A DNA stretch of 64,000 nt, taken from assembly GCF_018977255.1 (NCBI RefSeq), contig NW_024704743.1, positions 85,500,001-85,564,000 on the forward strand. Direction: 5' to 3'. This DNA comes from Callorhinchus milii (lineage: Eukaryota). Positions 39,401-51,400 of the stretch are shown here, piece after piece. A program made the translations under genes and the position numbers. How positions within the stretch are numbered: position 1 is the first letter of the stretch; every line of letters begins with the position of its first letter. Below the pieces are notes generated by a model. The model ran no database searches, had not been told where the DNA came from, and worked only from the letters and a program-made list of their open reading frames with translations.

Positions 39401-42400
39401 ATTTTAAAACAATTGCTACACCTGAGAAATTGAATAACTAAGGGAGAAGAATTGGGCATTAATTCTTGAGACCATAAACATTGCAGGTTTCCTGACAGCT
39501 ACTCACCTCCTGTTGGAGTAACTGCAACTATGTTAGGCGTTTCTGTTTGGTTGCATATAAATGTCAGGAATGGATATGATACAGTTTGAACAACAATGTT
39601 CACATTGGCTATTCCTGGAGGACAAGCTGGCGTGATACACTGGACTTCACTTGGTGTAACTGAAAGAATGGAACACAGGGATCCATGGACGGTCACTGTG
39701 GTGTAGCCCTGGACAAAACCATTTCCTTCGATGAACAAAGTGGTGCCGCCATTGATGCCGCCAGAGGTTGGTGTAAGGGAGGCTGTCGCAGCGCTGGTGA
39801 TGATGCCACCTTCTGAAGATAAACCCTTATCCATTATTAGAACTTTAACTGAGTAATTGCCAGCAGGCAAAGGACGTACTGTACAAGTTATATTAGTATC
39901 TGAAACAGCCTGGGGCATAAATTGAGTGTTACCTATAAAGACATAAACCATATCAGCATTGTCCCCAAATCCATTTCCTCTTATGGTAAGTTTTGTATTG
40001 TTTGTGTTCAGGACCCTTGGATAGATATCTAGCAGAAGTGGTGTGACACTATCAGTGTACACATAGTTGCAAGAGCCATTACATTCAGCCAAAATACCAT
40101 GAACAGAAAGTTTAACGATCCCACTGAAAGGAACTGAAGGTGAAGATTCACAGATGATTTGTGTGTAGTTCACAGTAACAACTGAACAAGGTACACCAGC
40201 CAAAAGGACCTCAACATGCATGATATTGCCTGCAAATCCTGATCCAGTGATGTTGACTCTGGTCATTCCTGTTGTGGATCCAATTTCGGGGCTAATGCTG
40301 TCAATGATGGGAAGGAGCACAAAGCGCCGATCAAATTCATTGGTTAAAGTATTGATCGCAGTGCCAAGGTTCTGGACTGTCACAGATACTAATGCTGCAA
40401 TGCCAACTTCCATCACTCCTTCAGGATCCAGCTGGCACGTGATCTCACTGTTGGTGCTATTTTCAACCACGCAAGGATGGTCTCCAACCGTCACCTAAAA
40501 CACAGCAATGTGTCTCAATGTGAATTTCTATTCACTAACAACCAACAATTTAACTTGTTGCGATGGAACAGGAGCAAATCAGTGATTTGTATTTTTTCAG
40601 TAATACTGAAAAAAACTACAGGAGTTTAAAGAGAAGTCCCAGCATCACCTTCTTAGGGCAACCAGGGATGGGCAGTAAATGTTAGTGTCTGAGTGCAAAT
40701 ACAGGACTTGATTACCATTCAAACTAATTTCCGCTCAATGGACACGTTTTCCAAGCTTAGCAGTTAGATATAAAAATATATAGAGATTATAGCACCAAAT
40801 TACATCAAAATGTTTCAAAGCTACTATGCAAGAACCCACGATCAGCCATGAGGTGAGTGAATAATTACTGTCAAAGCTCATGTAAGAACGCTGTACCTCA
40901 CTGGAGTGGGGCGGTAGGGGAGGGGACAGGGGTGTCATTGGATAGGGATTAGGAAAGAGAATCCTGCTTAATCTTCACTTCCATAACCAGAGTTGCTGAA
41001 CCACCTGCTCAGGTAACTTAGCCCAGACCAAGGAACAATATACCTGGTCTGTAGTGCTCTGTTATTTATTGAATAACATACTGTGCCATCAGGGAACCCC
41101 ATTTTCAAACTTTCAGTAGTGATATTTTAGCATTACATGATAGCAACAAATATAAGTTAATATAACCACAGGAATCCAGATAATTACATTGACATAACAT
41201 ACATTGGTTTAATTGCACCTCAATTAATCTAATACACCCCTTTACCTCATTAGAACAGCTGGCGTCACAGAATCCAGTGCCGGTAATGGTTAGTATGTCA
41301 TAAAATGTTCCCTTAGTTGGTTTGATGCTGTTGATGGTTGGGGACCAGTGAGAGGAAAAGACAAATGGAAAGCCATCCACATCTGTAGCTCCAACAGATG
41401 TTTGGTTGAACTCCATGTTTGAGCCAGTGGAGTTGTCATCAAGTGGATTTGGGGAGAGTAGCTCTTCCATTTGCCCTTTTAGAAATTAACCACACATTAT
41501 TATTCCAAAGACAAGACTAGGACACCTTGAGGAGGAGCTTTGTCATTATTTAAAGGGGGAAGCATCACTAAACTCTTGTGGATCTGCTGCAAATTATTTG
41601 TGATCTTGCCTCTGTTTTATTATTATTTAACTGTCCTGGTCACAAGATCAGTCAGGATAAAGAAGTCCTTCAGCCTGTTTGATCTCATCCCTTCAATATA
41701 CATGAAAGGAAAAGCAAAATATAATTCTAAATTGGCTCAGCTCCAAGCTAATCCTGGGTTCGAACCCAGAATTTGCCATTAGGCAAATAATATATATATA
41801 ATTTCCTGCAGAAAACATGGCTTACATTACAAACTTTTTCCTGCAACCAAAGACCAGTAACATCAATTATATCACCCCTGAATCCATCATATAAGAGTAC
41901 AAAAAAAATGGAATTTTTAAATTTACCCTGAAGTCAAATCTCATATTTTTGTGTTATGTTGTGGTGAAATCCCACTTGTAGCAATGGAGGAAACTATGAT
42001 ATTCCTAATTGGATTCAGTTCATTGCTTAATTATATTCATTAGAGAAGATTAAGCAGTCTGACCCAACAAGCTTTTAAAATCATGTTATTTGGTTTGAGT
42101 AACTTTAAACCTCGCTTTTTGTTTATCAATGCTGAGTAATCCATCTATTCAGTTTTTTTTGTATATAGACGTGTTGTGGAGACCTTTATTGGTGGAACAT
42201 GCAAGGTAATAAACTAGTTCAAGGTGTTTATTGTGAATAAAATTACCATTGTATAAATAGATTGAACATTGAGTGCTGTTCTGTGAAAGAGTATATATCA
42301 GGTGACATGACTCTTATTGCATACTGTAGTACCTGATAGTCTTACCTACCTCATAGCAGTAAGAAGGCAAGTTGGCAAGGAAAGCCGAGTTATTGTAATC

Positions 42401-45400
42401 TGCAAAACTCCGCACATCAGAACAATTAGGCAAATAGAACTGTGACCATCTGATGAGATCTGAGCCTGAAATTTCCAAATCTTCATCTTAAGACCACTAA
42501 CTAAAAGGCTAGAACATGGAAGGGTAGCCTACTCTCAGGTCTCAACCAAGCACGCTCTATACTAGACTTCATATCAGAACATAAGAACATAAGAAATAAG
42601 AGCAGGTGTAGGTCATTCGGCCCCTCGAGCCTGCCCCGCCATTCGATAAGATCATGGCTGATCTGCTGACCTAACTCTAATTACCTGCCCTATCCCCATA
42701 TCCCCTAATCCCTCTATTTTTAAAAAATCTATCAGTCTCAGCCTTGAAGATGTTCAAGGACTGAGCATCTACAGCCTTCTGGGGTAGTGAATTCCATAAA
42801 TTCACTACCTTCTGAGTGAAGAAATGTTTCCTCAACTCTGTTCTAAAAGGCTGACCCTTAATTTTAAGACTGTGACCCCTGGTTATAGATTCTCCTACCA
42901 GGGGAAACAGTCCCTTTGTGTCTGCTTTATCAGCCCTTTAAGAATCTTATATGTTTCAATAAGATCTCCCCTAATTCTTCTGTACTCTAGAGAATACAGC
43001 CCTAGTTTATTCAGCCTATCCTCATAGGTCAGTCCCCTCATCCCAGGAACTAACCAAGTGAATCTACGCTGCACACCCACGAGGGCAAGTATGTCCATTT
43101 TTAAATAAGGAGACCAAAACTGAACAACAACAACAACAAGATTCCATTTATAGAGCGCCTTTCACGTCGGGAGGACATCCCAAGGTGCTGTACAGTTGGG
43201 TCAGGACCCGAGCAGGGGGGAAATGGTCAGGGTGAGGGGAGGGAAGGGAGGGAGCGAGGAGGGGGTAGAGAGTCGAGAGGGGAGCTGAAGGCACGGTCAA
43301 AGAGAAAGGTCTTGAGACCGGCCTTGAAGGAGGAAAGGGAGGAAGCGGCGAAGGCACTGGGGGATAGAGTTCCAGAGCCTAGGGGCTGAGAGGCTGAAGG
43401 CCGGCCACCGATGGTAGGGCGGTTGGGGCGGGGGATGTGGAGCAGACCGGAGCCAGAGGAACGGAGGGTACGGGCAGGTAGGTAGGGGGATAGTAGGTCG
43501 GAGAGGTAGGAGGGAGCAAGGCCGTGAATGGCCTTGTAGGTCAGTTGTAGGTAGTTGAATTCGATGTGAGGTGCGGTCTCACCAAGGCCCTATACAGTTG
43601 CAGCAAGACTTCCCTACTCTTGTACTCTAAACCTTTTACAATGAACACTAACATGCCGTTTGCCTTCTTAGTTGCTTGCTGCACCTGCAAACTAACTTTT
43701 TGAGACTGGTGTACAAGGACACCCAAATCCCTCTGAACACTAACACTATCTAATCTCTCCCTCTCTAGAAAATAATCTGTTTTTCTATTTTTTCTACCTA
43801 GGTGAATAACTTCACACTTCCCCACATTAAATTCCATCTGCCACCTGCTCGCCCACTCCCCTAGCCTATCTATATCCTGTTGCAATCTTTTTGCATCATC
43901 CTCAGAGCTTACTCTCCCACCTAGTTTAGTGTCATCCGCGAATTTAGATACGTTACATTCAATGTCCTCATCTAGATCATTGATGTAAATTGTAAATAGC
44001 TGAGGCCCAAGCACTGATCCTTGTGGCACTCCACTAGTCACATCCTGCCAATTCGAGAATGACCCGTTTATCCCTACTTTCTGTTTTCTACCCGTTAGCC
44101 ACTCTTCAATCCATGCTAATATGTTCCCATTAATCCCGTGGGTCTTAACCTTGTGTAATAGCCGTTTGTGTGGCACTTTGTCAAATGCTTTTTTAAAATC
44201 TAAATATACTACATCTACTGGTTCCCCCCTATCTAACCTGCTGGATACATCTTCAAAAAACTCTAAAAGATTAGTTAAGCATGACTTCCCTTTTGTAAAG
44301 CCATGTTGACTCTGCCTAATCTTGTTATGGTCTTCCAGGAATCCCATAACGACATCTTTAATTAAGGACTCAAGAATTTTCCCTACCACTGATGTCAGAC
44401 TAACTGATCTATAGTTCCCCATCTTTTCTCTCCCACCCTTCTTAAATAGTGGTGTTATGTTTGCAATCTTCCAATCAATGGGAACCGTTCCAGAATCCAG
44501 AGCATTTTGGAAGATCAGGAAGTGGCTTTCTGAAGCACTGCACCACACTGTAATTTCTGAAATAAATGCACCAGATCATTTCACTGTAATACCTTACCTG
44601 TTTCATACTCTGCCTCAATTCCTGCTACATAAAGGTACAACTTGGTGACTCTCTCCTGAGCTGGTCTCACATTCACCACGCCCTGCAGGTAGATGGACTG
44701 TGCAGGATTCACAAAACCACTGCTGTAGTAAAAGGATCCAGGGGAGGTGAAATGGTAGGAGAAGGATCCTACACATGAAAAAACATTTAGAATCTTCAGA
44801 CTAAGAAAACACATCTTTTCAAATCTTGATGATTTATATTAGCGATACAAATGTACTGCTGAATTACAGTACAAATGTACTGCTGAATTAGTGTCCGCAA
44901 ACGCTGCATTTTAGACACCGTTATGTAAGCAAATGGATTTGCAAGATACTGGGCAATAGGGAAAGGGAATTTTATTCAGTGACTGTCTTTTTATGAAATG
45001 TAGCGTTAATTGAGGATACGCAACCTGATACACTGCTGCTGGTTCCACTGATAAAACCATCCCCATCATAGTTCACATCACTGGGCCTGGCAACACGGTA
45101 GACTCTGTATCGCAGTCCTTTGACGAGTCCTGGTGCCTCCCACTGCCATTGCACCATGTCTCCTACAAAGATGTCCAGGGAGGAAGGATTCCAGCTGTAT
45201 CCCTGTCCATGGTCTGCCATAAAGCAGTTAGAACAGCAGCAGGAAAAACAAACGGGGTGAAAAAGTTAAAAGTTGAGTTAAGGTTGTATTCCATAAACCT
45301 GCATTGAAGTGCCAAGGTTTCTGCTTTGAATTGAAGCCCTGGGGCCCATCTGAAAAACTATAAATTAAGGATGGGGAGTGCAAAGATTCACACTTTTTTT

Positions 45401-48400
45401 GCAGGAGAAATGTTTTATAAAATCGTACAAAGTTTACAATGCAGAATGCCACTGTGCTTATCTTTTTTTGCACAGGTGCTGGCTTTCCGGCTGTAGCTAT
45501 CAACTCAAATCCCATTGCTTTAGTACATTTCCCATGCACTTGAATGTTTATTTTTCCACGAAGATGCCACCTACATGGATCAGTGCCATTGCTGGTAATA
45601 AGGTGTCTTCTTCTGGTTGGCAGCACAACACACTCCAACTTGCTCACTGATGTAGACGTTATGTTGCATGGCACAGAACCTGCCAATAAAAAATAATCAC
45701 ATTGTTATGTGAGAATACCAGGTAGTAATAACAAACCTTGCATTTGATATAGTGCCTTATCATGTCTTCGAGATGTCTCAAAGCGCTTCACACAATATAT
45801 TGTAAAGTGAATTGACTGTATTCACTGTATTTTGTGGGCGAAACATGGCAGACTATTGCACACAGAGGTGTCCCACAAACAGCCGTGGATTGAAGTGACC
45901 AATTTGTTTGTTGTAGGGATTAGTACCCCCGGAAAAGCGATCCGCCTGTAAAAAATGATTAGTTATGGATGATTATGTTATGTATGATCATGACTATAAG
46001 CGTTGATTCATATGATTATGGGTAATGTACTCGCTGTTTTTTAATAAGGAAAATGGGCAATTGAATGACCGATGAAACCCCTGAAGTCAGCAGTAATTTA
46101 ACCTAGCGGTCAACAGGCTGGTACAAATTGGTTTAGAGCTATCAAAGAAGTTAGACAAAGTTTTCCAGAACAAAGAAACATGTAGGAAAACAGTTTCAAG
46201 GCCAGGAAGACTGGGATGAGGAGATTAGGAGCCAGGAGAAGAGTCACGAAGGGCAAAGGAATGCATGAGAGCTCATCACTAAGGGGTACTGATACAATGA
46301 ATACCATGTGCAGGTTAAGATGAGCAGATCTAAAGGAATGTAATGGTCAAAAGGTGATGTGACTGTAAGAGTCAGTACTTTTAGAAGCTGAGTGAAGTTG
46401 TCGCGGATCGGGGAGAGAACAGAGGAGGAACACCCTTGCGAAGGGCTGATCTCTCCAACCGAAACCACAGAAACTCAAGATTGAGAACGACTCCTCGGAG
46501 GACGAGCAGGAGGGCTGAAGGAGGGAGAACCACATGGACTCTGAGTTAAAACTGAGAGACCAGCAAACCGGCAGCTCTTCCAATCGATCACGGTGATCAC
46601 TGGAGAACTCCGGACTGCAGACTTCAGGGGAAAGATCGACTAAGGCAACAACAACAACAAAATTATATTTGTATAGCACCTTTCACGTCGGGAGAACGTC
46701 CCAAGGTGCTGGACAGACATAGTTACGGACCCGAGCTGAGGGTCGGGGTGGGGGAGGGTGGAGGGCAGAGGGGAAAGCAGGGGGATTGAAAGCACAGTCG
46801 AAGAGGAGGGTCTTGAGGTAGATTTTGAAGGTGGCGAGGGAGGGGTTGAGATGGAGGGATTGTGGGATGGAGTTCCAGAGCGTAGGGGCAGACTGGCAGA
46901 AGGCCCGCCCGCCGATAGTGGGGCGAGCAAGTGGGGGGACTTGAAGTAGGTCGGAGCCCCCTGGGCAGAGGGAGCGAACAGGGTGGTAGGGGATTAGGAG
47001 GTCGGAGAGGTAGGAGGGAGCAAGACACACCAGAGGGAGACGGGATAGCCGAGAAAGAGAGAGGGAGAGAGAGAGAGAGAGAGAAAAGGAAGTTATCACT
47101 CAGTACTGTACAACAATCACTAGAGTATCAAGACTAGAATGAGACTTAAATCCTGATGCAGGATTATTTAGCAGCAATATGATCAACTTTCTGGAAGAAG
47201 TATAAAAATATTAATGGTAGCCATAGGTATTTCAGCTTTTGCCAGGAAACTTACCAAACAGGATAAGGTTTTCCTCCAGAACAGGACTAAAACCAATTCC
47301 AGATACGGTGACCTTCGTCCCCCCGTACAGTGAACCATGCTGAGGAGTAACACTTGTCACACACAGCCGGTACTCAACTGAGGCATTTATAGAGCTACTA
47401 CAGTGAGAAAAAGAGACACAGACACATTATTCATATTATTTTTCTACATTCGGATAAAATTTCACTCTGAGTTTCACAACGAAACAGAATTGTTTCTGTG
47501 AGATTAAGTTCATTATACCGAAACATGGCACATGTTAGTCTTTATGTTATATAAAGTTCTGGTTATCTGTCCATTTCAATTAAGATTCGGGCTGTCCACC
47601 TCAATCCTATAAAGAATCTTTGTCCAGTCCAGCCATATCTGCTTTGATGTTGATTACATCCAAAACATTTTTTTTACTCAGCTTTCACATTAGGAGGACA
47701 CCTGAAAACACTTAAAATAAAGTATTAACTTTATGAAAAATTTTATTGTTTCATAAGAAATTTTATGTAATTGATGACAATGATAATTATCACATAGAAT
47801 TTGTCATGAAATCACATTTTACACCTCCTATTTTTAATGGGGTGGTTTAATGTCGGTATTTTTGAAAGCTTCCTGAAATTTCTGTTTATTTGGTATCTGA
47901 GCTGAACATGTGCAAATCCACTCGAAGAGTTAAGTTGATATTTCCTTTGTGATTCCCTCATTTCGTAACTTTACATCTACTCCATGTGGAGGATGCTGAT
48001 GAAGGAAAAACTCAGGAGATTTTCACAAGTACAGAATTGATTGAAACGTGTGTAAACCGAACAGCATTTTTTTGTACCTAACATTCGCGAAGGCTCCAGT
48101 GACTCCTACTTGAACATAATAAAGACCAGGAGACTGTTTGGGTAGGCGGCAGGTAATTAAGCTGGATGTCCATTCCAAAATCGGACACTTCACCTTCCCA
48201 ACAAGGACAGAGCTGTCCTCCGACCTGTTGCCAAAATCTGACCCAAAGCATGTCAGGTTGGAGCCGCCTATAAAACAACAAGAATAACATTGGTTATATC
48301 TTCATTCAGAAAATTATATTAGACAAATCAGTTGCAGTTTAGGTTCAACCCAATAAAATGAAAATAAAAATGTGCACAGCCTGTATCCATCATTAATTGA

Positions 48401-51400
48401 ATGAAAGACAGTTATCACATGAAGTGATAGAGGAGGACTTTGATTGGCTTGAGGTTCTCTATTTAAGTACAGGACTGCTTAGATGAAAGTTTGATGGGCA
48501 TTCCCTTCACGCATGCACAAACTGTCTACGTTGATATTTTAAGTAATCGATTGTATCTTGTGGTTGGACAGCCAGTTATTCATGCTGAGAGAAAGCACAA
48601 CATATCTATACCACTGTAAACATTCTTCATTAATTCATTGATTCAACAATTACTGTTAAATACCATTAGTGACCAAGTTTCCCATTTTACTCTGCATCCC
48701 ATGTCCAGAGACAAGAGCATGCAGGATAGCAGGATAAATTGTTTCTCTGACACACTGTTTGTCATGGTCAAACTTCACTGTCAGGGCTGCAATGAAATAT
48801 ATTCATTACTGGTGTGTTTAGAGCTACCAAGAAATTGGTTATCATAAGTGCAGGCCAGAAAATTGACTTAAGGTTCTTGAACATAGACACAGCAGATAAC
48901 TAACAGATGACTAACGTTCTGCCACCTACTTACAAAAGTAAAATTCAATGAACGTACCTGATACATTTGATGTTACCGGTGTTATTTGCGTGATTACTGG
49001 AGTCTTAGAATCGGTGTATGTAAATGGAAAGGTGGACGAGCTGGATATTCCATTGTTAATCACACAGATATTGTACACTCCAGCAGGTGCCTGTATTAAT
49101 AGGTGCCAATGGTCAATCACTATTTATTTAATAATTCACAATTTTACACTATAAACTCAACGCCTCTATGAATTTAGTGCCTTGGGATGTCCTCCCATTG
49201 TGAAAGGCACTATATAAATATGAATTTGTTGTTGTTAAAGATCTCATGGCACTATTCGAAAGTTTTCAGTGTTCTGGCAGAACAATCCTCCAGGTAAAAT
49301 TTGTTTTTTTACTTCATGACCATTTGTGGGATATTGCTCTGTGCAAATTGGCCAATTGGCTACAACATTCGCCTACAAATATGCAGTCATACCATTTTAC
49401 AGTAAAATTCTGTGAAGGGCTTTGAGATGTTTCAACACAGAGATGAGGCAGTATATCAAATGCAAGGAGTATTATTATTGTTAACACCTTCTTGAGTTCA
49501 GACCAGTAAATGGGTAATGGTGGAATATCAAAAAGAAGAGCCTATCTCCTTAATTGAAGCCACTTCATTTATTTCCAGAGAATTGTTCTCAATTTTGATA
49601 CCTGAAACTCAAATATCTAAGAGCAAGAGAACTAGAATCCCTCAATACACTCACCGATGGAGTTCTGCACTTTATCTCATTGTGACTTGCCATGAGATGA
49701 CCACATAATTCCTCTCCAATCCAAACTGTGGAATTTTGGGTAAAACTGCAACCAGATACTGTCAGAATGGTTCCTCCTTGAATAATAGGAATGAAAGTTA
49801 TTATGAATGTGACTCTACATTAATGGGATCAATTGGAGCTCTCCAAGTGGTGAAGTGCTGGGTAACAGTAAGTAAAACACTGATGGGCTTATAGTGTTCA
49901 AACAAGGTCTGAATTGGGTTTTTGCTGTTGGGGCTACAATTGGATTTGTTGCACACCTAATCCAAAAAAGTAATAGGCACAGAGTGCCCTAGGTTAGGGA
50001 TGGAGAAAATCAGCCAGGGTTCCTATTCATGATTACTATCCAGAGACCCCTGTCCGAAAGTGTGAGTATATGGATTTGATACATGTTGTGATCGAATTGC
50101 CAGCCCACACTCCGCTATCGAGGCTTTTGCGTATAATCACCTCTTGGGTGAGAAATTCTGGAGAGGAACTGGAGAAGCCCCAGTAGAAGGAAAAACCCTA
50201 CAGAGGGAAAGATTTATGGACTGTTCCTGAAAATAAGTATATTTGAAAGTGGCACAAAACATTACCCAATGCTTATTAAAGTACTAAAATGCTTCTATTT
50301 GAGTACAACTAAAACACGACTTTTGCTAATGAAGACTGTATCATGTTTTCTTATTCTGTCTCACCTGCACTGCTGCCTGAGGATGGAGATATGCTTTTAA
50401 CTTCTGCCTGATAAGTGAAAACAAATGTTTGGTTTCCAGCGTGTTTTGCGATACCAAGCTCGGCGATGTAAACAGTCACAGGGGATGAGATTAGACTGGC
50501 ATTTCCAATCCTACAGGTAATTTCATTGTCTGAAGGCAAGGTAACAAATATTGCAGAGATCAAACACAACAGAAATTCAAAATTCTAAATTAATGTGTTT
50601 TTTTCCTTGTCTTGTAACATAACATACATTTGTGGGTGAGATTCATAGTGCATATATTTATTCTCAATATATTTTTTCTTAATAAATATGTGAGACAGAA
50701 TTTTCTATATACATAAGTGGTTGGTTGCGGCCAGGGCACCGGATTCATTTTTAAAACAGCTTGATACGGTAAATTGGAGGATCTAGTTGTGTGGATATTC
50801 TGAAGGGATGCAATCAGGTGGACCAAAGGATATTCGTCGTCCCAGCCAATCTTGTGACCTTGTGAAGTGTTATGTTATGAATCATCATGATGATTGGAGC
50901 CAGTCAGGAATGCTGTGACAATCCAAATTGGCTCTCAATAAGGACAGAGGTGGCTGGGATGTGTGTTCTCAATCACAGAGAACTATGTTCCCTGGCCCTT
51001 GCTATGATGCAAAGAAGTGTTCTATGGCTCTCCAGCAGTGACTGCCACTGCGTTAAATAAATGTGATTTAATCAAAACAATTTCAACATTGCCTTATTTA
51101 TAAAATTATAATTTCTATAAACAATATTCTAAAATACTGTTTTCAGAGCTGCTGGTTTTACTTCTACATTTCTGCATAGAGGTGGCATTTGCTGAGCTTC
51201 AGTATAGATACTAGATATGCTCAGCTAATACTAGACATCTGTACCATACAAGACATGTCTTGCACAGGCAGTCTCTCTCTAAATAAGAATTTCTAAGTGC
51301 AATCCTAAAATGATGCGATCACATTGCTATACTATATTTTTTTACTACGGAAACTCGCACTGTATTAATTGATTCTCCCTCACTGAGTTCAGAGCATTTA

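Noticed and set aside
39499..40494. 331-aa ORF as a stand-alone IPT/TIG protein
   Set aside because: It is exon w19 of PKHD1L1; the apparent GTG start is the first codon after the splice acceptor.
43541..44548. Reverse transcriptase ORF as a retron, DGR or other new RT system
   Set aside because: The motifs and 3' tail are typical of a CR1 LINE; it is 5'-truncated with no endonuclease domain or ORF1.
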